Positions 16,845-24,974 of a stretch of DNA of 32,000 nucleotides are shown here, in pieces. The notes under the pieces are model-generated. The model worked only from the letters and a program-made list of their open reading frames with translations, searched no databases and was not told where the DNA came from. Made by a program: the position numbers and the translations under genes. The stretch spans positions 5,347 through 37,346 of the forward strand of contig CAZMGA010000005.1 of the NCBI GenBank assembly GCA_964565725.1. The letters are read 5' to 3'. This stretch comes from an uncultured archaeon. GTDB lineage: Archaea; Iainarchaeota; Iainarchaeia; Iainarchaeales; 0-14-0-20-30-16. Each line of letters begins with the position of its first letter. The stretch's first letter is position 1.

Positions 16845-16921
16845 TTAATCACTTCCCTACTCCCTAAAGGATGGTACTTGCCATAAAGGCGTTTTTCAAA
16901 AGTTATTCTTTCGAATAACAT
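16845..16921 (-). promoter_or_regulatory. Structured 5' leader of the 42-aa basic ORF
   Basis: GTTATTC-GAAA-GAATAAC perfect 7-bp hairpin with GNRA loop (16902-16919), then GCC-TTTAT-GGC. TATA-like TATTATAAAA (16939-16948) upstream. Confidence 0.4.
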
Positions 16922-16997
16922 TCGATGTAAAGTTAAAATTTTATAATAAAATTAAAACAAATACATTCAAATATATCACATATGTGAATTGTTTGAA

Positions 16998-17069
16998 TGC
17001 CCCTGCCGGGAATCGAACCCAGGTCTCAAGCTTGAAAGGCTTAAATGATAACCACTACACTACAGGGAC
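16998..17069 (-). tRNA. tRNA-Glu (anticodon UUC), no encoded CCA
   Basis: GTCCCTG-TA-GTGTAGTGGTTATCAT-TTAAGC-CTTTCAA-GCTTG-AGAC-CTGGG-TTCGATT-CCCGG-CAGGGGC-A. Full cloverleaf; 7-nt anticodon loop CU(UUC)AA. Confidence 0.93.
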
Positions 17070-17137
17070 ACATATTTTATAAAATGTATAAACTATAAGT
17101 TTAATTATATTATTTAAATATTTATCAAAAGAAACTT

Positions 17138-17156
17138 GTATTACCTAATGTAATAC
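17138..17156. promoter_or_regulatory. Perfect 7-bp inverted repeat, 5-nt spacer, in the tRNA-Glu/17323 divergent intergenic region
   Basis: GTATTAC-CTAAT-GTAATAC. Confidence 0.3.
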
Positions 17157-17322
17157 TATATTATCTTAAGAATACGAGTTTTAACTTAAAGTTATTATAA
17201 TATTTGATGTGAAGTATTTATATATATTACGTTTAATTTTTAAATAGAATTGCCCTAATTTATATAATTTTTAATATGGTTATATTATTATTAATATTAA
17301 TATATACGTTTTAAGTGATATT

Positions 17323-17928
17323 ATGCAAGATTTTCAAAATATTATACTATTTGATATGGACAATACTTTATGTGATTATGATAAAGCTTTGACTTTGAAT
17401 TATAATGCAATTAAAAGTCCAGAAGATCCAGAATATGTGTCATATAGTCCAAAAATATTAAAAAGTAAATATTTAAGTTTAAGAATTGATTTAATTCGAA
17501 ATCAAAAAAATTGGTGGATTAATTTAGAAAAATACAAACCTGGGTTTGATATTTTAAATTTAGCAAAAGAATTAGGGTTTGCTATACATATTTTAACTAA
17601 AAGCCCTAAAACAGTTATTAATTCATGGTCTGAAAAAGTTGAATGGTGTGAAAAAAATCTAAAAGATTATGATGTTAAAATAACTATTTCTGATGATAAA
17701 AGTTTAGTGTATGGTAAAGTGTTAGTTGATGATTATCCTCCATATATTCAAAATTGGTTAAACAAAAGACCAAGAAGTTTAGTAATAATGCCATTACAAT
17801 CTTGGAATAAAGATTTTGAACATGATCGAGTTATAAAATATGATGGTAATAATTTAGAAGAAGTTAAACAAACATTAATAATTGCAAAAGATAGGGAGTA
17901 TAAAGAACAAGTAAATTATAAAAAGTGA
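17323..17928 (+). CDS. HAD-superfamily 5'(3')-deoxyribonucleotidase-like protein
   Basis: IILFDMDNTLCDYD; WWINLEKYKPGFDIL; IHILTKSPK; KVEWCEKNL; VLVDDYPPY. Confidence 0.75.
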   Translation: MQDFQNIILFDMDNTLCDYDKALTLNYNAIKSPEDPEYVSYSPKILKSKYLSLRIDLIRNQKNWWINLEKYKPGFDILNLAKELGFAIHILTKSPKTVINSWSEKVEWCEKNLKDYDVKITISDDKSLVYGKVLVDDYPPYIQNWLNKRPRSLVIMPLQSWNKDFEHDRVIKYDGNNLEEVKQTLIIAKDREYKEQVNYKK

Positions 17929-17932
17929 TTAT

Positions 17933-18775
17933 ATGCCTGTTAAAGAACAATTACATTTTTTAAATTTATTAAAAAAAAGACAAACGCAACGAAAAGAAAT
18001 ATCTAATGAAGTTTTTGATTCTTTAGCTGAAAGACAAAAAAGAATGCCTAAAAATATAGGTAGGACATCAAAAGAATTATTACTAATATTAGATAGTTTA
18101 GGTATAAATTCTCCAATTGAAAAAAAATATGTTTTGCAAGGTTTAAGAAAAGCAAGAATAATGTTTGGAAATAAATTAACTGATCCTGCTTACTTTAAAG
18201 ATACTATTGAACATTTAAGAGCAGAATTTGAATTATTAAAAACACAAAAAAATTTAGCAGTAGTTTTAAGGTTAGGAATATCTCCATTTCAGATTTTAGA
18301 TATAAATCATGAAATTAGTGCTTTACCTAAAGAATATTCTGATTTAAGTAATACTATTCGTGGTTTAGTTTTACGTAAAGTTTATCCTAATGTATCTGCT
18401 TTGATAATTCCAATGCAAAAAATAAGTTCTTTTTTAAAAGGGTTATCATTATCTCGAGGTTTGAAAATAAAAATTATTCAATATACTTTTAACTTAAAAA
18501 ATAAAAAAAATACATTTGAAGAAGCATTTGATAAAGCGTTAAAATATTTTACTTTGCCTTTGAAATTTTTAAGTTTAGATGCGAGAACAAATAAAGGTGA
18601 TGATAAAAGCTATCATGAAAAAATAGGTACTAATGAAAATAATCCTTTAAAGTTATTATCTGAAAAAGATAACCAAATACTTTTAGAAAAATTAAGTGTT
18701 TTTTTGGGTGAAAGATACAATGAATTAATATCACATTTAGAAGAACATGATACTTTGCCTAATTGGGCAATATAG
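17933..18775 (+). CDS. Hypothetical protein, possible helix-turn-helix/sigma-region-like C-terminal segment
   Basis: Intact ORF 4 nt downstream of previous. LKFLSLDARTNKGDDKSYHEKIGTNENNPLKLLSEKDNQILLEKLSVFLGERY is only loosely sigma-linker-like. Confidence 0.5.
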   Translation: MPVKEQLHFLNLLKKRQTQRKEISNEVFDSLAERQKRMPKNIGRTSKELLLILDSLGINSPIEKKYVLQGLRKARIMFGNKLTDPAYFKDTIEHLRAEFELLKTQKNLAVVLRLGISPFQILDINHEISALPKEYSDLSNTIRGLVLRKVYPNVSALIIPMQKISSFLKGLSLSRGLKIKIIQYTFNLKNKKNTFEEAFDKALKYFTLPLKFLSLDARTNKGDDKSYHEKIGTNENNPLKLLSEKDNQILLEKLSVFLGERYNELISHLEEHDTLPNWAI

Positions 18776-18825
18776 GAAATTGAAAAATTTAAAAGATCAA
18801 TTAAAAATTAATATTAGGTGGTTTT

Positions 18826-18891
18826 ATGTTCAGTTGTAAATTTAATTCAAAAGAAAATAAATTATACAACAGTTCACAAAAAAAGGAGTGA
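18826..18891 (+). CDS. Putative 21-aa leader ORF ahead of gltX
   Basis: ATTAGGTGG Shine-Dalgarno then ATG; MFSCKFNSKENKLYNSSQKKE*. The stop TGA lies inside the GGAGTGAT Shine-Dalgarno of gltX. Confidence 0.35.
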   Translation: MFSCKFNSKENKLYNSSQKKE

Positions 18892-18896
18892 TTTTT

Positions 18897-20525
18897 ATGT
18901 TAAGTGAAAATTCAAAACAAATTATTGAAAATATTGTAATTAAGTATAGACAAAATTTTAAACAAGAGCAAGATGCAAAAAAAATATTTTCTGTAGCTAT
19001 GGGCTCAGAAGCAAAACAAGAAATAATTAAAGATATAAAAGCTTCTCAAAATGAAATAGAAAATATAGTCAAAAATATTAATTCCTGGTCTGAGTCTAAA
19101 ATAGAAAATGAATTTATTGCTCGAAATTTAGAAGAAAAAAAAGAAAAAGTAAAAAAAACTTTAGTGTTTCCTAAAATGGAAAATATAATTGAAAATAAAG
19201 TAAAAACAACATATCCACCAGAACCTTCTAAGTATCCTCATATAGGACACGCATATGCTTGTGTGATAAATTATAGATTTGCAAAAGAACATAATGGTAA
19301 GTTTGTAATTAGATTTGAAGATACAAATCCTAAATTAGCAAAAAAAGAATATTATGATATTCAATTACAAGGTTATAACTGGTTAGGAATAACTCTTGAT
19401 GAAATAATTTATGCGTCTGATTATATGGATTTATTATATAAAAAAGCAGAAGAATTAATTAATAAAGAAAAAGCATATGTTTGTTTATGTAATTCAGATG
19501 ATGTTAGAAATAAAAGACAAAAAAAAGAATCATGTACTTGTTCTAATAATACAAAAGACAAAAATTTAGAATTATGGAATAAATTATTAAACAAAGAATT
19601 TAAAGAAGGAGAAGCATCTTTAAGATTAGTTGGAAATATGTCTAGTCCACAAGCTGAGTTTCGTGATCCAATACTATTAAGAATTTCTTATTTGGAACAT
19701 GCTCGTACTAAAAATAAATATCACTTATGGCCATCATATATTTTTCAAAACACTATTTTAGATTGTGAATTTGGTATAACACATAGATTTAGAAGTAAAG
19801 AATTTGAAGTTTGGAAACCTGTGCAAAAATATTTAGCAAAATTATTAAATTATAATTATCCTGAAGTATTTGAATTTGCAAGAGTTAATTTAGTTAATGG
19901 TATAGCATCAGGTAGAAAGTTAAGAGAAACAATTGAACAAGGAAATATGAATTGGGATGACCCTAGCTTAACTACTTTAGTTGCATTAAAGAAAAGAGGA
20001 TTTTTACCAGAATCAATAATTGAATTTATTGATAAAATGGGTATATCAAAAACAGAAAGTACAATAGAATGGAGTGTTTTAGATTCTATAAATAGAAAAT
20101 TATTGGCACAAAAAAATATTGTAAAAATAGCATCTTTTTATAATCCTATAAAAGTAAAGTTAATTGATGAAAACAAAATTTTAGATAAAGATTTAAAAGA
20201 AGTTTTTATAGATTCAAAAACAGAATTAAATAAAGAATTTAAATTAAGAAATATAGGAAATGTTGTTTTTAATGGAGAATTATTAAATGTTGTAGGCAAT
20301 GAACAAAAAAAAGGTTTGAATATGTTGCCTTTTGCTTTAGATGTAGAAGAAATAAAAGTAATAATGCCTTATGATTTAAAAGATCCTGATAGAGAAAAAG
20401 TTTTGTATATCGATTCCAAAGCATATTTTAATTTAAAGGAAAATGATGTAGTTATATTAGAAGGATTTTCATACTGTAGATTAGATAATAAAGATAAAAA
20501 TATTTTTATTTTTAGTCATGAGTGA
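18897..20525 (+). CDS. gltX: Glutamyl-tRNA synthetase, archaeal type
   Basis: Track ORF starts at GTG 18888, inside GGAGTGAT. PPEPSKYPHIGHAYACVINYRFAKEHNGKFVIRFEDTNP; RISYLEHARTKNKYHLWPSYIFQNTILDCEFGITHRFRSKEF; NGIASGRKLRETI...WDDPSLTTLVALKKRGF. Confidence 0.92.
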   Translation: MLSENSKQIIENIVIKYRQNFKQEQDAKKIFSVAMGSEAKQEIIKDIKASQNEIENIVKNINSWSESKIENEFIARNLEEKKEKVKKTLVFPKMENIIENKVKTTYPPEPSKYPHIGHAYACVINYRFAKEHNGKFVIRFEDTNPKLAKKEYYDIQLQGYNWLGITLDEIIYASDYMDLLYKKAEELINKEKAYVCLCNSDDVRNKRQKKESCTCSNNTKDKNLELWNKLLNKEFKEGEASLRLVGNMSSPQAEFRDPILLRISYLEHARTKNKYHLWPSYIFQNTILDCEFGITHRFRSKEFEVWKPVQKYLAKLLNYNYPEVFEFARVNLVNGIASGRKLRETIEQGNMNWDDPSLTTLVALKKRGFLPESIIEFIDKMGISKTESTIEWSVLDSINRKLLAQKNIVKIASFYNPIKVKLIDENKILDKDLKEVFIDSKTELNKEFKLRNIGNVVFNGELLNVVGNEQKKGLNMLPFALDVEEIKVIMPYDLKDPDREKVLYIDSKAYFNLKENDVVILEGFSYCRLDNKDKNIFIFSHE

Positions 20526-20529
20526 TTTG

Positions 20530-21105
20530 ATGTATTCAGGATCAATTTTTTATTTAGTACATTTTCCAGTTGGTTTTTTTAGTATTTCTGATGAAAATAA
20601 TAGATATTCAGCAAAAAATTATAGTGCACATATAAAAAAAATTTTAAGATTAATAAAATTTTCTCAACAAAAAGGTATACCAATAGTTTTAGAAATTGCT
20701 AATGGTAAAGTAGGTGAATTTCAATTGGAATTATTACAAAGATTTTGTGAAAAATATAATTTGAATGATAATATTTTTAAAAGAATTAATGAATTTGATG
20801 TAGTATCTAATAATTTTAAAAAAGCTTTTGAAGAAATAAGAATAATTCCTGAAAAAGTTTTTGTTGCGGGTTGGACAAAAGAAAGGTGTGTTTTAAGATC
20901 TCTTTTAGGATTAAGAAAATATAGTTCAAATTTAGATTTGACATTATTAAAAGGTAATTTTACGTTGGCGTCTAAAAATTTTAAAGGTTATTCTTCTTTA
21001 GAAAAAAATTATTTAAAAAGATTTTTGAGAGAACAAAATGTTAAAAAATCTGTTCTTGCTAAAAAAATAACTTTAAAAAAACCTTTAAGGCACAATCCTA
21101 TGTAA
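20530..21105 (+). CDS. Isochorismatase-like cysteine hydrolase, divergent
   Basis: Track ORF 20518..21105; GAGTGATTTG Shine-Dalgarno favours ATG 20530. VFVAGWTKERCVLRSLLGLRK resembles the isochorismatase Cys motif; Lys region IFKRINEFD. Confidence 0.45.
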   Translation: MYSGSIFYLVHFPVGFFSISDENNRYSAKNYSAHIKKILRLIKFSQQKGIPIVLEIANGKVGEFQLELLQRFCEKYNLNDNIFKRINEFDVVSNNFKKAFEEIRIIPEKVFVAGWTKERCVLRSLLGLRKYSSNLDLTLLKGNFTLASKNFKGYSSLEKNYLKRFLREQNVKKSVLAKKITLKKPLRHNPM

Positions 21106-21124
21106 TAATATTAAAATTTTTTAA

Positions 21125-22027
21125 TTATAATATTTTTTTTCTTTTTAAAATCAATACAAAGATTGTTATTAATATTACTGTGAGAATTAATACAAAAATA
21201 TATGTAAAAGGATTATTTTGTAAAGGTAAATAAACATTCATGCCGTAAAATCCTGATATTGCAGTAGGTATACTAATAAATATAGTAAATATTGTTAATA
21301 TGGTAATTGTTTTATTTAATCTATTTGATAATAACAAATTTTGATAATTTCTTAAATTTGAAATTGTTTTTAATGAATTAGTACAAATATTCAAAGCTTC
21401 TTCTAAATCTATAATTAAATCATCAATTAAATCTTGATCTTTATCATAAAATTTAATTTTTTTAATAAGTTTATTATATAAATGTAAAGTGTAAGTATAA
21501 GTAGATACTAATGAGTTTAAAATTTCTTCATTTTCTAATAATGATTCTATATCTTTATCTTTAAGATTTTTTGTACTAACTTTTTTATTATTTAAATTTT
21601 TCATAATTTTTGCAACTAAATTTTCAAAATGAGAATTATTTAAATTTAATAATTCTAATATGGCTTTCTTTTTTTGAGTTGTAATAAAATTTTTCTTTTT
21701 TAATATTTCTGTAATAAGTTTATTATTTTCTTTTGAAAATGTTAAAATAAATGTATCTGTTAATGCAATTAGTAAAGTTATATTCTCATTATTATTGTTT
21801 AATGTTTTAATATAAATATAATCTATGTTATTTTCAAAATCATGTCTAGGTAATTCATTTTCATCTAAACCCTCTTCTAGTAATTCATAGTTTAAATTAA
21901 ATTCTTTAGATAAATATTTTAGTTCATTAACATTAGGATTTATGATATTAATCCAACAACCTTTTTCAAATTTAGATAAAGTTTTTAATTCATTATCTTT
22001 AATTCTTTGTAAATAATACTCTATCAT
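21125..22027 (-). CDS. corA: CorA-family Mg2+/divalent cation transporter
   Basis: FEKGCWINIINPNVNELKYLSKEFNL; C-terminal two TM with ISGFYGMNV (GMN motif). Confidence 0.85.
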   Translation of the reverse strand: MIEYYLQRIKDNELKTLSKFEKGCWINIINPNVNELKYLSKEFNLNYELLEEGLDENELPRHDFENNIDYIYIKTLNNNNENITLLIALTDTFILTFSKENNKLITEILKKKNFITTQKKKAILELLNLNNSHFENLVAKIMKNLNNKKVSTKNLKDKDIESLLENEEILNSLVSTYTYTLHLYNKLIKKIKFYDKDQDLIDDLIIDLEEALNICTNSLKTISNLRNYQNLLLSNRLNKTITILTIFTIFISIPTAISGFYGMNVYLPLQNNPFTYIFVLILTVILITIFVLILKRKKIL

Positions 22028-22082
22028 AAAAAACCCTTAGAAAATTAGATTTTATATAACAAGATATAAAATATTTATATGT

Positions 22083-22967
22083 TTATCTTTTTTTTGTTTG
22101 TTTTCTTACTACGTCTTCAAAAAAAGATTTTGGATTTGAATAATTTTTTTCTAACAAATCTAAATATTTTGCACCAAATTTTTTAAATAATCGTGCTAAT
22201 TGTAAAAGATGTTTTGGGAGCCAAGCTCCATTAGGGTCTAAAATAACGTTTTTGATATTTTCTGAAATATTATATGTTTCTAAATGTTCTCTAACATAAT
22301 CGTAAATTGTTTTTTCACGATAATTTATTCTATCTATTTTTTCTTCTACTCTTGCTCTACCAATTGCTTTTTTTATTTTATTTATTAAATTTAAAACACT
22401 ATTAATAGTTATTAAATTATCATTTTTTAAGAAATTTTTAATTTCATTAATTACTAAATTTTTTCCAAATTCATTTAATGATTCAAAATATTTTTTAAAA
22501 TCAATTATTGCACTATGATTTCCTAATATTCGTTCCATTTTGCCAATAAAATGTGTAAATTGACTATTAAAATCATTTGTTTTTAATAAATCTGATAACA
22601 TAGTTATTTTTAGTGAATGATTATTAAAATATAATTTCCACAATTTAACGTTAAAATTAAACCCATGTTTATTTATTAAACTTAATAATGTTTTTTCAAC
22701 GAATTTTATAACGGGGTCATTAGGATCAATTTTATTTTGTGAAAATAAATCTAGTAATTCTTTTAGATTATTTACTTTTTTATTAGAAATTTCAAAATAA
22801 ACTTTTAATTCTTCTGGTTTTGGTCCACCATTAGAATATAACTCTTTTAAATTATCTCTTAATGTTCTTGCTCTTTGAGGAATATTTTCATATTTTCTAA
22901 ATGGATTGTTTGTTATTCTTCTAACTTTTTTTGTAATAGTTCTTTTTAATTTATTCATAATTATCAT
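22083..22967 (-). CDS. Hypothetical alpha-helical basic protein
   Basis: Intact ORF overlapping the serS stop by 1 nt; ATG at 22958 or 22967; no recognised domain. Confidence 0.5.
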   Translation of the reverse strand: MIIMNKLKRTITKKVRRITNNPFRKYENIPQRARTLRDNLKELYSNGGPKPEELKVYFEISNKKVNNLKELLDLFSQNKIDPNDPVIKFVEKTLLSLINKHGFNFNVKLWKLYFNNHSLKITMLSDLLKTNDFNSQFTHFIGKMERILGNHSAIIDFKKYFESLNEFGKNLVINEIKNFLKNDNLITINSVLNLINKIKKAIGRARVEEKIDRINYREKTIYDYVREHLETYNISENIKNVILDPNGAWLPKHLLQLARLFKKFGAKYLDLLEKNYSNPKSFFEDVVRKQTKKR

Positions 22968-24289
22968 TATATTTCTTTGAATCCAGTATAATTTTGTAAT
23001 ACTTTTGGTATTTGAATTTTTCCATTTACATCTTGAAAGTTTTCAATTATTGCTGTTAATATTCTTGGACTTGCTACAGCAGTACAATTTAAAGAATGTA
23101 AAATTTTTTTCTCGCCTTTTTCTTCATATTTTATATTTAAACTACGTGTTTGATAGTCTGTAGTAATTGATCCTGAATTTAATTCTCTAAAAGTGCCTTG
23201 AACAGGCATCCAAGCTTCTAAATCTATTTTTTTTGCAGCTGTGTTATTTAAATCACCAGAACAAATATTTATTAGTCTATATGGGATTTCTAGTTCTTTT
23301 ATAATCTCTTCAGCATTTTCAATCATATCATTATGAATTTTTTCAGAATCTTCTGCTAAGCAAAATATATATTGTTCTACTTTATCAAATTGATGAACTC
23401 TAAATATTCCTCTAGTATCTTTTGATCTACTACCAGCTTCTTTTCTAAAACAACTAGATATGCCTACATATTTTAAAGGCAATTTATCTTTAGGAATTAT
23501 TTCATCCATATGATATGAAGCTAAAGTTTGTTCTGCTGTTGCAATTAAAAATTCATCTTCAGTTGTTTTATACAAAGTTTCTTCAAAATCATTAAGTTCT
23601 GCTGCTTTTTCCATTGTTTCTTTATTAATCATAAAAGGAGTATACAAAAAATTGTATCCTTTTTTAATTAGTTTATCTATTGCAAATCTTAATAAAGATA
23701 AATGTAAAATTGCAAATTTATTTTTTAAATAATATTGTCTTGCTCCTGAAACTTTTGTAGCTCTTTCTAAATCAAACAAATCTTTTTCTATACCTAAATC
23801 AACATGACTTTTGGGTTCATAATCTAATATTTCATAATCCATTTTGTTATTAGATAATTTTTTTAAATTATCTAAATGTTGTTTTTGTACTTTGGCTTTT
23901 CCAAAGGTTTTTATTACTACATTTTCTTCTTCACTTAAACCAAAAGGGACATCATGCCATAATATATTACCTACTTTTTTTATTTCTAAATCTCTTTTTT
24001 CCAAATATTCTTTTTCTTTTATTTCTAAATCTTTAATTTCTTCATCTATAGTAATGCTTTTCATTTTTAATTCTTCAATAGATTCTTTATTTATAGCTTT
24101 TATTCCTATTTCTTTAGATATCTTGTTTTTTTCTGCTCTTTTTGTTTCTTTATTTAATTTTGATTCTCTCCATAATTCATCATACTTTTTAACATTTTCT
24201 GCGAACTCTAAATTATGGTTTCTTTTCTTTTCACTTTCTAAAATTTTATTAAAATCGTTATCATTTCTAAATAAATTAATATCTAACAC
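22967..24289 (-). CDS. serS: Seryl-tRNA synthetase
   Basis: GTG start with GGTGAT Shine-Dalgarno. MLDINLFRND; LGIEKDLFDLERATKVSGARQYYLKNKFAIL; TPFMINKETM; ISSCFRKEAGSRSKDTRGIFRVHQFDKVEQYIF; LEAWMPVQGTFRELNSGSITTDYQTRSLNI; LNCTAVASPRILTAIIENFQ. Confidence 0.95.
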   Translation of the reverse strand: MLDINLFRNDNDFNKILESEKKRNHNLEFAENVKKYDELWRESKLNKETKRAEKNKISKEIGIKAINKESIEELKMKSITIDEEIKDLEIKEKEYLEKRDLEIKKVGNILWHDVPFGLSEEENVVIKTFGKAKVQKQHLDNLKKLSNNKMDYEILDYEPKSHVDLGIEKDLFDLERATKVSGARQYYLKNKFAILHLSLLRFAIDKLIKKGYNFLYTPFMINKETMEKAAELNDFEETLYKTTEDEFLIATAEQTLASYHMDEIIPKDKLPLKYVGISSCFRKEAGSRSKDTRGIFRVHQFDKVEQYIFCLAEDSEKIHNDMIENAEEIIKELEIPYRLINICSGDLNNTAAKKIDLEAWMPVQGTFRELNSGSITTDYQTRSLNIKYEEKGEKKILHSLNCTAVASPRILTAIIENFQDVNGKIQIPKVLQNYTGFKEI

Positions 24290-24406
24290 AATATCACCTA
24301 TTAAATATAATACTATAGTTTATTTTAAAATAATATCTTAAAATAAAGTAAAATATATAAATAATTAGGACTATTACTATGTATTTTGTAATCCTGAGGT
24401 GATTAA

Positions 24407-24586
24407 TTGAGTTTTTTAAAAGATGATAAAGCACAAATATCTGTAGAAATGATAATTGTTTTAGCTGCTTTATTAGCTGTTGCTATAGTATTAATTACTA
24501 AATTATCTAGTACTAGTAAACAAGCCTCTGAAAAGATTGATGATAAAACTAATGATTTAATGGAGCAAATAGATGATATTAATTAA
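24407..24586 (+). CDS. 59-aa class III signal peptide / type IV pilin-like protein
   Basis: GAGGTGATTAA Shine-Dalgarno then TTG start; (M)SFLKDDKAQISVEMIIVLAALLAVAIVLITKLSSTSKQASEKIDDKTNDLMEQIDDIN*. AQxSxE followed by a hydrophobic helix. Missed by the ORF track. Confidence 0.65.
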   Translation: MSFLKDDKAQISVEMIIVLAALLAVAIVLITKLSSTSKQASEKIDDKTNDLMEQIDDIN

Positions 24587-24974
24587 AAAAGGGCAAATAT
24601 CTTTAGAATTTTTAATAGTTGTTTTGGCAATGGTTTCAATTTTAATTATATTTATGCCTGTATTTGTTAAATTAATGAATGCTTTACTATTAACAATTGA
24701 TACTTATAATGCTTCAAAGTATTTACAAGAATTTCAAACAAATGTAAATACTTTAAATACATTAGATTCAGGTTCTAGTTTTAAATTTGAATTAGATTTT
24801 ATAAAAACAGCAAAACTAATTTGTCATAATAATATTATAAAAATTGAATTAAATCATAAAAATAATAAAATATTAGAACGGGAATTAAGTTTAAATTGTG
24901 ATTTTGATTTAGAAATTAATAAAAAAATTTCTTTTTTAATTACAAAAAGTGAAGAATATATTGTTTTAAATTAG
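24573..24974 (+). CDS. Class III signal peptide / type IV pilin-like (minor pilin) protein
   Basis: KKGQISLEFLIVVLAMVSILIIFMPVFVKLM: KGQxSxE class III signal motif plus hydrophobic stretch; overlaps the upstream pilin-like ORF. Confidence 0.7.
   Translation: MILIKKGQISLEFLIVVLAMVSILIIFMPVFVKLMNALLLTIDTYNASKYLQEFQTNVNTLNTLDSGSSFKFELDFIKTAKLICHNNIIKIELNHKNNKILERELSLNCDFDLEINKKISFLITKSEEYIVLN

Noticed and set aside
16998-17069. Alternative tRNA-Glu boundary starting at 17070 with U-A closing pair
   Set aside because: Shifting by one leaves G at position 8; the 17069 start gives canonical U8-A9 and a good seven-pair acceptor stem.
23844-24341. Track ORF 23844..24341 + (165 aa)
   Set aside because: Antisense to the serS N-terminal coiled coil; F/S/L-rich mirror of E/K-rich coding.
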